A stretch of DNA of 64,000 nucleotides from Octopus sinensis (taxonomy: Eukaryota), in NCBI RefSeq assembly GCF_006345805.1, contig NC_043020.1, positions 27,280,001-27,344,000 of the forward strand, given 5' to 3'. Both the position numbers and the translations under genes were made by a program. Numbering within the stretch: the first letter of the stretch is position 1; the number at the start of each line of letters is the position of its first letter. This document shows positions 13,320 through 27,149 of the stretch, one piece after another. The notes under the pieces were generated by a model. The model saw only the letters and a list, made by a program, of their open reading frames with translations, was not told the DNA's origin and ran no database searches.

Positions 13320-13644
13320 TTCTTTGCCTTTTTTAGCACCAATTAAATAAAACTCGGTTGGGCTAATTGCAAATTCTCGCTAATTAAAATTCAGTTTCGA
13401 TAAGATTCGGGAGTTATTTCCCTTTTACTAACCTCAAAACAACTTCTTCTTCTTCTCCTCCCCTCGCCCGTTCTTTCTCCTTCGTCTTCTCCGTCTTCAT
13501 CTCCTCCTCCTCCCCTTCTCCTCTCCTCCCACCCTCCTCTTTCCTTCACCTACTCCTTTTTCTGCATGTATGTATGTATGTATGTATGTATATATTATGC
13601 GCGCGCGCATGTCTGTGTTTGTCCCTCACCACCACTTGACACTA

Positions 13645-13892
13645 TTGCCCAAGGTTCCCGTGGTCTTTTCCGCAGGCTTTTCTATCCACGGACAAACCTA
13701 ATCTGTTCTCCCTCTTTACATTGACATTCCTGTGATACATGATCCCTATTGATCGGCCCCACTTTTTTTTTCTTTTCACGATCCCTTTTCATCGGAATTC
13801 GACCCACTTTTTTTCCTTTTCTTCCCAAAAAGAAAAGCTCTACTTTGTATTTTGTCCCTTCCGTGTTCAGCCCTGCGTGGCCAATAAAGAAA
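13645..13892 (+). mobile_element. Tx1-like LINE copy A (3' UTR only)
   Basis: Homologous to the 3' UTRs at 14760-15150 and 21215-21460. Same terminus, CCCTGCGTGGCCAATAAAGAAA, followed by (TATC)n. Confidence 0.85.
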
Positions 13893-14176
<284 letters not shown>

Positions 14177-15152
14177 ACAATCACCAAAGATCCCTGGCCT
14201 GGCAGTGCTACCGAGAAGCGCTACCCGTTCGGGATAAGCTCTACAGACACGGCTCGAGAAACACGGGGCCGACCTGCCCGAGATGCGGTCAGAGCGACGA
14301 AACCGTTCTGCACGCACTCGTGCAGTGTCCAACAATTTCCGACCTGTGGGCTTATGTCGAACAACTGCTGTCACGTGTGGGACGAGTCGGTTTATCAGCT
14401 GAGTCTATCGTCAATATTGTCACGCCTCCTTCCTTCAAACGGGAAGGAAGAGCTATTTTCATCATCCTTGTGGCTATGGCGAAAGAATGTATCTGGTAGA
14501 CGCGTCTGAAAGGATTGGAGACAAACACTTTCCTCTCTGGTCAATCTCTCATCAACTTCTTCAAGTACCACTTGAAAAGGAAAGTGAGAGTAGAGAGGCA
14601 AGTTTTGTCTAGCGAATGTTTTAAAAAAAGATGGGTGAATGTAGCAAGGATGGCACGTATGAATGACGAAGCCACCTTGAGCATAATCCTATGAACCCAG
14701 AAATTGAAAACAGAGGGTTACCCACTTGCAAACAAATGTGGTAACATATAACAATATTGACCAAGGTTACCGTGGTCTTTTTCGTAGGCTTTTCTTCCCA
14801 CGGATAAACCTTACTTGCTTTCCCCTTTACACCATATATCATAACACTGTGATACACGATCCCTATTGATCGTTCTTTTTTTTCCTCTTCCCCTTTTTTC
14901 TTCTTTTTTCATTTCTCCTTCCTTTTGTTCCTTTTCCTTTTCCTTTTTTTTTCTTTTTATTCTTTTTATTTTATTCAATTTTTTTTTGTTTTTATTCTTT
15001 TCTCCCCTTTTACGATCCCTCTTGATCGAAAACCTACGCCACCCCCTTTATTTTTTTCTTTTGTTTTTTGTTCTCTTCATCCCCCAAAAGAAAAGCTCTA
15101 CCTTGTAACTTGTCCCATCTGTGTGCAGCCCTGTGTGGCCAATAAAGAAAGT
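14177..15152 (+). mobile_element. Tx1-like LINE copy B (5'-truncated, divergent subfamily)
   Basis: Homologous to 20639-21461 (Zn-binding C-terminus plus 3' UTR). Starts immediately after ...CTATCAT in a TATC tract and ends in a TATC tract. Confidence 0.88.
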
Positions 15153-15162
15153 TATCTATCTA

Positions 15163-15253
<91 letters not shown>

Positions 15254-15300
15254 GTCTGTCTGTCTGTCTATCTATCATACTATCTATCTATCTATCTATC
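15153..15300. repeat. Compound (TATC)n/(TGTC)n microsatellite, tract 2
   Basis: Direct reading. Carries the same TTTGTCTGTCTGTCTGTCTATCTATCATAC interruption. Confidence 0.95.
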
Positions 15301-15520
15301 TGGACAGACAGACGCAAGTCAAATGGGCTCCACGTAAGTTGGTATTTTTGTACGTTCAAAAGTGTATATTGACAAATATTTTGTGTTTAAAAGTTGTGCA
15401 ACAACATCCACTGTAAACCTTTGATAAATATCGACACAAAATTTTGCCCCTTGTGGGCAAAATTTAAAAGAAAAAATTCTCATAGCCTTCGTGGTTTCAT
15501 TTAGCCATTTTATTTCCAAA

Positions 15521-15879
15521 ATGGCCACTGGTCACCACGAGGCTGAGGTGCAAGTCAAGCGTGACGCAGAGACAGAAAAAAGGATGCTCTGTTAGCATAC
15601 GCTGAACCTGACAACACCACCTCCACCACCATCAACATCGACAACAGCAACAAATACAAAACAAATGTCGCAAGGCCAAGCACCGTCAACACCATCAGTG
15701 AGCCCACCACCACCAACACCGACAACAACACCATGGCAGAATCTGCTACTAAAACTGCTATCCCTACTAAAGACATCGCCACCAATAACAATACCAACAT
15801 CACCATCACCGCCACCAAAGACCGTGCCGTCAATGCTACTAATACTACAAACACCACCGCCGTCACCAAGAACGACAAT

Positions 15880-15914
<35 letters not shown>

Positions 15915-17727
15915 CGACGACGACGACGACAACAACAATTCCCTTCAACCACTGCTCACTCCATCACCAACAAGTGAAAAAATAACGACGACAAGCAAAC
16001 GAAATGTCGAAATTTGCGCTAGTGCAGGACTAAAGTACGCAGGCAATTTTCCACCCCTTCCTACTTGCACAATCGAACCAAACACACCAATTTTACAAAC
16101 TGCAGCCAACAACAACATCACCACAAGCAACAACAATAACAAAACAACAACAAATTTCGCTGAGGCGATTAAAGAAAAAAAAACAACAATATATTTTACG
16201 GCTCAACAAATACAGGACACGAACATTAAAATAACAGAATCAGATGGTATAGTAAAGATAAACATACCAGAAGACATTTTGGAAGATGAAAAAAGACGAA
16301 CAATCATTTATAAAATAGTTAACAAAAAAACAAAAATCCCAGAGAAGGCTAACACAAGCAAAATAGAGAAGTGCTTGAAACCCATCTGGAATCACAAAGA
16401 ATATGTAACCTGGTGGAACAAATTTGCCCACATACAAGTTGTTTTCTACACCGAAGAGTTAGCTAGACGTTTCTCAACGCTAACTCTTCACTCAGATGAA
16501 CTCCAACTTACACCAAGCTATCGGGGACAGAAAGTGACTAAGATCACTCTAAACAATGTCCCCAAAATAGCCAATAATCTATGGCTTGTAAAGGCCTTAT
16601 GCGTAAAAATGACGAATTATACTATTTTGGAAACCACAGTCACAGAGCATAAAAACTGGGTGGGAAAAAAAGTAGAATTTCTTCTACATATACATCATGA
16701 AGATATAAAAAAAATACCCACCCAGATATGTGTATCAGACGACCACAAGTTATACGTGGTCGTCGATGGCAGAAGACCACGTTACTACATATGCGGCAGT
16801 GAGCAACACCTAAAAAAAGACTGCAAATCTGCCGCAAGAAAACAACAGCAACAACAACAGCAGCCGGAAACAAAAACAAATAAACAAGGTTTACTACCCA
16901 CACCACTTTTTGCAGGAACAAACCTCACCAAACAAACAACCACACCAACTGCAGCACCAAGAACAGAAGCAGCATCACCAACAACAACAACCAAGAATAT
17001 ACCAACTCCCAAACCAAGGACATCTGCCAAAAAGACACCCAGCAAAAATGAAGAAACAATTACAACTCCAAATCCCCACAAAATTGAGACCCTAAACAAC
17101 ACAACAATACCTACAATCACTCAAACACAAAATACCCAAACCCCACCTCCAAAACCGCATACACCACAACCAAACGCTCACCAACCAACACCAACAACAA
17201 AACCAACACAGTCGACAATAGACCCCAATATTTTCCCTCTTCCAGACTCCGATTCGTCTGATTTGTCATTAGACGAAGAAGACACGGAAGATTGGCAAAT
17301 AGCCACAGGGGGGAGAAGAAAAAGGGGAAAAAAAAGAAAAGAAAAAATAACAAACAAAGCGGGAAGATACACCACTCCCGAAACAAAAACATCCACAGAA
17401 AACACACACATCAACACAAACACACCATCATCAAACCCCCCAAAAATGTTGACAGCCATAAACACAAACAACCACGACCTAATGGAACACATTAGGTCAA
17501 ACACTAACATTACTGAAAACGACATAAAAACAAGTAACCACCCACACACAACACCACCACAACACATTAAAATAATACACGTGACACAGAACACATACAG
17601 CACCCTGAAATCCCTTTACCCTGATGCAGTAGGGAGATTTCAAAAGTACTCATCGAAAAAACTGTATAAAAGCCTCATAGAAGAAGACCGTGAGGTGAAA
17701 GACAAAGAACTTTCGAAAAACAAGTAA
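15521..17727 (+). CDS. LINE ORF1 (gag-like nucleic-acid chaperone). Open from ATG 15733; probable true start ATG 15521 with a 1-nt frameshift in the A-run near 15577.
   Basis: 664-aa ORF 15733-17727 with a Thr/Asn/Pro low-complexity N- and C-terminus. RRM-like TKITLNNVP segment. Degenerate zinc knuckle YYICGSEQHLKKDC (first Cys replaced by Tyr). The upstream MATGHHEAEVQVKRDAETEK joins the ORF if one A is added. Confidence 0.75.
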
Positions 17728-17769
17728 CCTTTTCTCTCTCCTTTTCCTTTTTTGCACTTTTATCGGAAC

Positions 17770-20700
17770 ATGCTCAGAATAGGTAGTATAAATGTACGTG
17801 GCTTGGGGTCGCCTTGGAAACAAGGCTACCTGTTAAATGACATCAAGTCACTAAATCTGAATATCATAGCCATCAGTGAGACCAGACTCCACAGCTTGCG
17901 GGCACTCCAGCACATTTTCGGTACACATTTCAACATTTATTTTTCTCCGTGTCTACCGAGAATGGGCGGAGGTGGCACCGCGGTGCTTATCCGGAAGAGT
18001 CTGGATCTCAAAGTAAGAGCAAATTTCCTAGACCCGGAGGGTAGGCTGGTCGTTTTGGATGTCGATGGCAGCAATGAGTGTGCTTTTCGACTGATAGCAG
18101 TTTATGCTCCGTCCTTAACAGGCCGACCAGATTTCTTTCGACGTCTAGAGTCTTTCATGGGAACGTCTCGTCCTTTACTTTTAGTGGGGGATTGGAATGC
18201 CACCCTGGACACGCATCTAGACTACGTGGGCAGAGATAGCAATAGAAGGGGATGCAAATGCCTCAAAGACCTGCTCAGACGTTTCCAACTGTCTGACAGG
18301 TACCGACTGGACCACCCGAATGTGCCAATGTGGACATGGAGTAACCGCATCGGGTCGTCCAGATCATACTTAGATAGAGTATTCTGTAAGACAATAGATA
18401 AAAATAGTGTAGGTTGTCCACAATTTCATATAGTCAGTTACACAGATCACAAGTTTGTGACTTGTACACTTGACTTAGATAAGACACATAGGCAGGGTCC
18501 TGGTTACTGGAAACTGAACGCGTCTTTTACAGCACGACAGGTTTACAGGGACCGGATCAGCACATTAGTTAAGAGAGCTTTGACGGGTACCATCATCAAC
18601 AACAGATGGTGGTATGCCCTAAAAAAAGCGATTAAAGCAGAATCAGTCAGATACAGTAGAGCCCTAGCATTAGACCGAAATAGAATAGAGGGAGAATTAG
18701 TTAAGGTTTTAGAAGAGGCACTTAGAACTGGCATCGCGTCCAACGTGCTGGCGGCGAGATTGGTCCTCGACCAACACCTCAACGCCAAACACGAGGGATG
18801 CGTTGTCAGAGCTAGGATGCGTGCTCTGAGGAACGAAGGAGTTGGAGCCGCCCAAGAGGCCCGAGTGGTGGAGACGCAACGAGGCAACAGAGCCACCATC
18901 AAGTCTCTTATAGATGAACAGGGGCGCGAATTGCTCGAGCCTAAAAGGATGTGTGGGGTTTTTCAACAACACTTCACCCAACTGTTTGGGACAAGTGGTG
19001 AGTCAGCAAGGAAGGTGGAGTCTTGTGAAAAGCCTATCACAGCTGCGGACGTACAGGATGCGATGGTAGGCTGCGCGAGAGACAAGTCACCAGGCTTGGA
19101 TGGTCTGCCCTACGAATTTTATTTTCATATGCCAGACTTGTTTGGAGGCGTCTTGGCAGCTGTCTACTGCAACTGGCAGCAGAACGGGAGTATTCCTGCT
19201 TTTGTAAAGCGAGGAGCAGTGGCACTGATTAAGAAAGACCCAAACAAGGGGGACGTCATAGATAATTTCAGGCCCATCACTCTGCTCAACGCAGATTTGA
19301 AAATTTTGGACAAGGTGTTAGCCGAGAGGTTGGCGCTTGTCATCAAGAAACTAATCGACAAGGCGCAAACATGCGCCGTGCCGGGTAGAAGTATTCATGA
19401 CAACCTCCATCTGATGCGCTACATCATAGACAGAGTAGTTAAAAATCCTGGCATGGGTGGGGCGCTGATCAATTTGGATCAATCAAAAGCCTTCGATAGG
19501 GTAGACCATCACTACTTGTAGGCTGTCCTCAAAGCGGCTGGTTTCGGTCCAGTTTTCCGCGGTTGGATCGCTGCCTTATACAGCGGCATCCGCTCAGTAG
19601 TTCGCGTAAATGGTCATCTATCCAGACCCTTTAACATCATGCGTTCGGTTCGTCAGGGATGCCCCCTCTCATCGCTGCTGTATGTACTGACTCTTGAGCC
19701 ACTACTGCGGAAACTGGCGACGCTGAGGGGCATCCCACGAGAGCTGGGATGCGGGAGGAGCGTGTCTGCATACGCGGATGACGTCACCGTCATAGTGTCG
19801 AGCTACGAGCACATCGAGCTGGTCGGCGAGACACTGAAAGAATACGAAGCGGTAACGGGAGCAAAAATTAACCGGGAAAAGTCAGTGGGCTTGCGGCTCG
19901 GCACCTGGAGAAGCAAGCCCATGCCGTCCAACAGCGTCTCCATCGTGGGACGCTGGACGGACGGACCGGTTAAATTGCTCGGGGTCTGGTTCGGTCCGGA
20001 CCTCCAAATGGAGAAGAACTGGGGCGAGATAACGACTAGGGTGGCTACTCTCACCCAGAAATGGACTGAGAGAAAGCTATCCCTAAAAAGTCGGGCGGAG
20101 GTGGCGAACGCGTACATCGCATCCGTCATCGAGTATCGTCTGACCGTCGTGCCTTGTCCCGACCCTACCATCACCAAACTGGAACGCATACTCTTCCGCT
20201 TCTTGTGGAAGGGAAACGTTCCGATGGTTAGGCGATCCATTTGCTGCCAACACCCGCTAAATGGAGGGTGGGCATGCCGTGGTTGATGATGCGCAGACAT
20301 GCGCTGAGACTGCGACATCTCCGGCGCTTCATAGACAACGGTGAACAGGGGTGGTCGCCTTTTGTGCGGCGCGCTTTCCCGCAGCTCGTCTCCTTGGACG
20401 AACTACAGTCATGGATCAAGCAGAGACCGAGGCTAGGCGAATGGCACCGCGAGTGTCGCGTTGCTCTCAAGCAACTCTGCCGTCCGGGATCGAACTTGTG
20501 CGACTCCATCACAACAAAGGCATTCTATAGAGGATTAGTGGAGGGGAGGTGCGACGACGAACTCGGGCAGAGTCTGGGCGTCGACGAGGAACACCTGACC
20601 CGCCTGTTCAGGACAACTTTCGGGCCGGGACCTATGAACAATCACCAAAGATCCCTGGCCTGGCAGTGCTATCGAGAAGCATTACCTGTTCGGGATAAGC

Positions 20701-21154
20701 TCTACAGACACGGTTCCAGACACACTGGACCGACTTGCCCGAGATGCGGTCAGAGCGACGAAACCGTTCTGCACGCACTCGTGCAATGTCCAACCATTTC
20801 CGACTTGTGGGCTTATGCCGAACGGCTGCTGTCACGTGTGGGACGAATCCGCCTATCGGCCGAGTCTATCGTGATGATTGCTCCGCCCCCTTCCCTCAAC
20901 CGGGAAGGCAAGGCAGTTTTCATCGTACTGGTGGCCATGGTGAAAGAATGTGTGTGGTGGACTCGAGCGAAAGGATTAGAGACAAACACTTACCTCTCTG
21001 GCCAATCGCTCATCAACTTTTTCAAGTACCACTTGAAAAGGAAGGTGAGAATGGAGAGGGAAGTTTTGTCTCGCGAAAGATTCAAAAAAAGATGGTGAAT
21101 GTTGCAAAGATGGTGCGTGCTAGTAACGAAACCATTTTGAGCATGATCCTGTAG
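17770..21154 (+). pseudogene. LINE ORF2 (APE endonuclease + reverse transcriptase + C-terminal CxxC...HxxxxC), disrupted
   Basis: APE motifs GSINVRGL, IAISET, LLVGDWNA, YLDR, TDH. RT motifs [52 protein letters not shown] near the C-terminus. In-frame TAG at 19519-19521, and 1-nt deletions near 20270 and 21096 relative to copy D. Confidence 0.92.
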
Positions 21155-21461
21155 ATCGTAAAAAAGAAAGAAAGAGAGCATTTTTGGTCTCATGTGGTTA
21201 TTTCCTCCCTGACTGGGGTTCCCGTGGTCTTTTCTGTAGGCTTTTCTTCCCACGGATGAACCCAATCTTGTTATATCAATGTTTACATCATTATTTCTGT
21301 GATACACGATTTCCTTTTTTTTCCCCTTTTTTTTTCCTCCTCTCGATCCCTTTTGATCGCAATCTTACATTTTTTTTTTTTTTTCCACCCTCGAAAAGAA
21401 AAGCTCTGCATTTGTATTTGTCCCCTCTGTATTCAGCCCTGTGTGGCTAATAAAAGAAAGT

Positions 21462-23157
<1,696 letters not shown>

Positions 23158-23244
<87 letters not shown>
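23158..23244. repeat. (TATC)n microsatellite, tract 4
   Basis: Direct reading. Pure TATC. Confidence 0.95.
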
Positions 23245-23920
23245 TTATATATGCTTCAATCAACGTTCGTGTATGTGCGCTCCAGAGATCCTCGTCTCGT
23301 TGATGTCCACCACATCTATGTTTAGTGACCGGGGTGGGGGTGGGGATGAGCAAATGACGTTGCTTCCAAACCGAATCCAAACCACATGGATTTACCTACT
23401 CCACTTTGATAGGTTTATACATCTCACAATGTCTATCGGAGAACAAAAAGGAGAGAGGTGATTCACTTTCGTCTTCGAGACGGCCAAATAATTTAGTTCT
23501 TTCTTTGGGCGAATGTTTCTTGAGTGGCCTCTCCAATGACCTCTGATCGATTATTTTCTTGAAAGTCTCTTCACTGGACGAGAATAAAGTGGACATCTAA
23601 TGGCGTATTCATTAGTGACCCGTCTTTGAGAGCTTTTGAAGATAAATTCCTGAAATTCCTCACATTTCCATTTGTCTTTTATACACCTTTCATGTGTGTT
23701 GCTTGATATTCCATCAACTCACTATCGTTGGTTGTTGATGTTGATGGAGTTTGTTCGACGAATCTCTTTTATTTCTCTTTTATTTGTTTCAGCCATTAGA
23801 CTGCGGCCATGCTGGAGCACCACCTTTAATCGAACAGTACGTGCTAGCTGTGATAAAATGGAAGTGAACATTGGACGACGAGGTCGTAAACAAAATGAGA
23901 GCAATGCATGAGAGTTAATA

Positions 23921-23955
<35 letters not shown>

Positions 23956-24146
23956 ATGAGGGAGACAAAGAATGGTAAATGTATAGAAAGAGACAGGTAG
24001 ATGGTGACAGACAGAGTGTGGGAGAGCTGTCGATCTTGAAGTAGAGTTATTTCTAGTAACGAATTATATTTCTTTTATTATTATTTACGAACGATCTTCT
24101 CTTCGGAACGAAGATTTCGAAAACCAAATTCATTTTTCTCGAGAAC

Positions 24147-24244
24147 GTAAAAAGCAAGATTAGGTTTATCTGTGGAAAGAAAAGCCTACGGAAAAGACCA
24201 CGGTAACCTCAGGCAGGGAAAGAATAAACACATGAGAGCAAAGT

Positions 24245-24293
<49 letters not shown>

Positions 24294-24651
24294 AAGATGT
24301 ACAGGATCATGCTCAAAGTGATTTCGTCGCTCGCACGCACCATCTTTGCTGCATTCACCCACCTTTTTTTTAAACTTTCACGAGAAAAAACCTGCTTCTC
24401 CATTCTCACCTTATGCCGTTCAGCATAAGCCCACAGGTCCGAAATGGTTGGACACTGCACCAGGGCGTGCAGAACGGTTTCATCGCTCTGACCGCATCTC
24501 GAGCAAGTCGGTCCGGTGTGTCAAGAACCGTGCCTGTAGAGCTTATCCCGAACAGGTTATGCTTCTCGATAGCACTGCCAGGCCAGGGATCTTTGGTGAT
24601 TGTCCATAGGTCCCGGCCCGAAAGTTGTCCTGAACAGGCGGGTCAGGTGTT
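24147..24651 (-). mobile_element. Tx1-like LINE fragment E (inverted, internally deleted, lacks the 3' terminus)
   Basis: Reverse complement matches the ORF2 C-terminus ([14 protein letters not shown]...VRMEKQVFSRE) and the start of the 3' UTR. Confidence 0.82.
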
Positions 24652-24817
24652 TCAGAGCCTTTCGGAGCTAAACACGCATACATACATACACACACACATA
24701 CATACATACATACATACATACATACATACATACATACATACATAAACACACACATACATATATAAAAGAAAATATTTAATTATTTCCCTACAGTTGTCAA
24801 TTGTGGAACACGACTGT

Positions 24818-24883
<66 letters not shown>

Positions 24884-25058
24884 ATAAACCTGATGATTGC
24901 GCAACGCTTGAAAGTACTAGTTTCATCACAATGAATATTCTATTATGATGGTATTGTAAAATTGTAGAAATTGTAAATAATAAAAAGGAGAAATCAGATT
25001 AGGTTGGAATTTCGTTGATTAATATATTCTTCTATACACAACCAGACAAACTCGGATC

Positions 25059-25158
<100 letters not shown>

Positions 25159-25235
25159 GCAATCTATCTATCTATATATCTATCTGTCTGTCTGTCTCTC
25201 CCCCCCACCTCTCTCTCTCTCTATATATATATACA

Positions 25236-25770
25236 CAGGGTGCGTAAAGTATTTGAGGGCATACCTTTCTGGGGTCATTACTGCATTTTTTGCTAACTCT
25301 GTATAATCTTTGTTTCAGAAAATAATAATGGCAGACCCTCAGCTTACCCAAGAAATGAAGAGACATGCTGTTATTGTAGTTATAAAGCCTGAGTATAGCG
25401 ATTTAGAAATATCTCGAATTTTAAAAGTTGCCAGATCTTTCGTCTACAAAGTTTGTAAGGAGTTAGAAACTGAAGATGGAAATGTATCACCAGTATCAAA
25501 GCATAAAAAGCATTCTAAATGCTCTGAAATCCATCAGAACACCTGAATTCATCCAGCAAGTTCAACAGACCATTGATTGCAATCTCAGAAAGTCCATGAG
25601 GTCAATTACAAAAGATCTCCATGTGTCAGAAGGAACAGTCAGAAATGTTATCCATGAAGACATCCGATATAAGTCTTATATGATGAAGAAAGGTCAATTT
25701 GTCAGAAAAAGCAAAAGAAAATCACTACATCAGACCCCAAAAGTTCTTAAACAAACTGAAAATTGCTGTC
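25236..25770 (+). mobile_element. Tc1/mariner (maT-like) 5' remnant: TIR CAGGGTG plus N-terminal HTH region
   Basis: MADPQLTQEMKRHAVIV...LEISRILKVARSFVYKV...RKSMRSITKDLHVSEGTVRNVIHEDIRYKSY, frameshifted near 25530. Confidence 0.75.
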
Positions 25771-26089
25771 AGTTACCAATGGTTTCTCTCATAGTTTTGA
25801 TACGCTGTTTTCTATCATGAATAGAACTGCCAGCATTTTCGACGACTCAAGCATCCTTCTATATTATAAAAGCTGACTTCCATTATCTTAGAAATATCAG
25901 ACCAATAACTCTTTCCAGAAGATTTAGCTGTAAACCATTGAATTCAGCAGAGAAATGAGACCAACGCCATAAAATATGATTAGCTGTTAATTCTAGGATT
26001 TTGTATATTTTATTCTTCCAACAGAAACGTATGATTAAGGTTTGGGTAAGTAGCAAAATATCCCAGGACACATAGTCACACACACAAAC

Positions 26090-26226
26090 ATATGTATATG
26101 TGTATATATATATGTATATATGTATATATATATATATATGTGTGTGTGTATGAATATGTAAATATATATATATATGTGTGTATGAATATGTATATATATG
26201 TATATATGTATATATATATGTATATA

Positions 26227-26263
<37 letters not shown>

Positions 26264-26548
26264 GTATATATATATATGTGTGTATATATATGTATATATA
26301 TATATGTGTGTGTGTATATGTATATGTATATATATGTATGTATCTATGTATATATATATATACCTAAATACATATGCATATATGTATGTATATATATATA
26401 TGTATATATATATACATATGTATATGTATATATACATATATATATGTACATATATATATGTATATATATATACATATGTATATGTATATATACATATATA
26501 TGTACATAAGTATATGTATACATTTATGTATGTATACATTTATGTATG

Positions 26549-26584
<36 letters not shown>

Positions 26585-26710
26585 ATATACACATATGAAT
26601 ATACACATACATACATACATATATATATATATCTATGTATAATGTATATATATATATGAATGTGTGTATATATATATATGTATATATAAATATATGTATA
26701 TATATATCTT
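26090..26710. repeat. (TA)n/(TATG)n low-complexity block. Similar blocks at about 30155-30425, 38055-38490, 41130-41480, 42325-42510, 44160-44780, 46384-46537 and 55960-56130.
   Basis: Direct reading. Confidence 0.95.
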
Positions 26711-26892
26711 ACTCAATGAAATCGATAAAATGTTGTTTCAATCTAAATCGTAGGTGGAGTCAGAATTCAATTCAGAAATATTGCAATCGAAATAACACAA
26801 ACAATGTGCTTTATAAGTTTATAATACAATTTACTGTAACATAATATAACAGAATATAACGTAATATAACATTATATAATGTTATACAATAC

Positions 26893-27145
26893 AGGGTGTT
26901 TAAAAAGTTTCTCCGCAGTAAATATTTTATTGCAAAATATATATTTCTAAGATGGTATAAGACTACAAAAGAATATATTAGACTTTACAAGACTTAAAAA
27001 AAACTTTAAGTGTCATCCTTCATTTTCAGTACATAAGTTGACTCTTCTACCCATGTTTTCAAATATATCTTGGAGAGTCTGATGCAGTATGGACCGTGTG
27101 AAGGTTATGATGGCGTCTCTTAGCTCATTAATGGTTTTCGGGCAG
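26893..27145 (-). mobile_element. Tc1/mariner-like 3' remnant with TIR
   Basis: CPKTINELRDAI...LQDIFENMGRRVNLCTENEG resembles mariner-family C-termini. TA|CAGGGTG terminus at about 26891-26899. Confidence 0.55.
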
Positions 27146-27149
27146 CATT

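Larger units (their letters stand above)
15301..21461 (+). mobile_element. Near full-length Tx1/L1-clade non-LTR retrotransposon (copy C): 5' UTR, ORF1, ORF2, 3' UTR
   Basis: Two long ORFs (664 aa; APE+RT+C-terminal Zn motif). Ends in CAGCCCTGTGTGGCTAATAAAAGAAAG, directly followed by (TATC)n. Confidence 0.92.

Noticed and set aside
23396-23596. Non-repetitive 66-aa minus-strand ORF (MSTLFSSSEETFKK...)
   Set aside because: No recognisable motif or convincing splice context. Probably old TE debris.
25883-26844. Long Tyr/Ile/Met/Cys-rich ORFs. Similar ones at 29048-29555 (poly-His/Asn), 37952-38572, 44410-44813 and 50706-51357 (poly-Gly/Val).
   Set aside because: Stop-free translations of microsatellites, with no coding signature.
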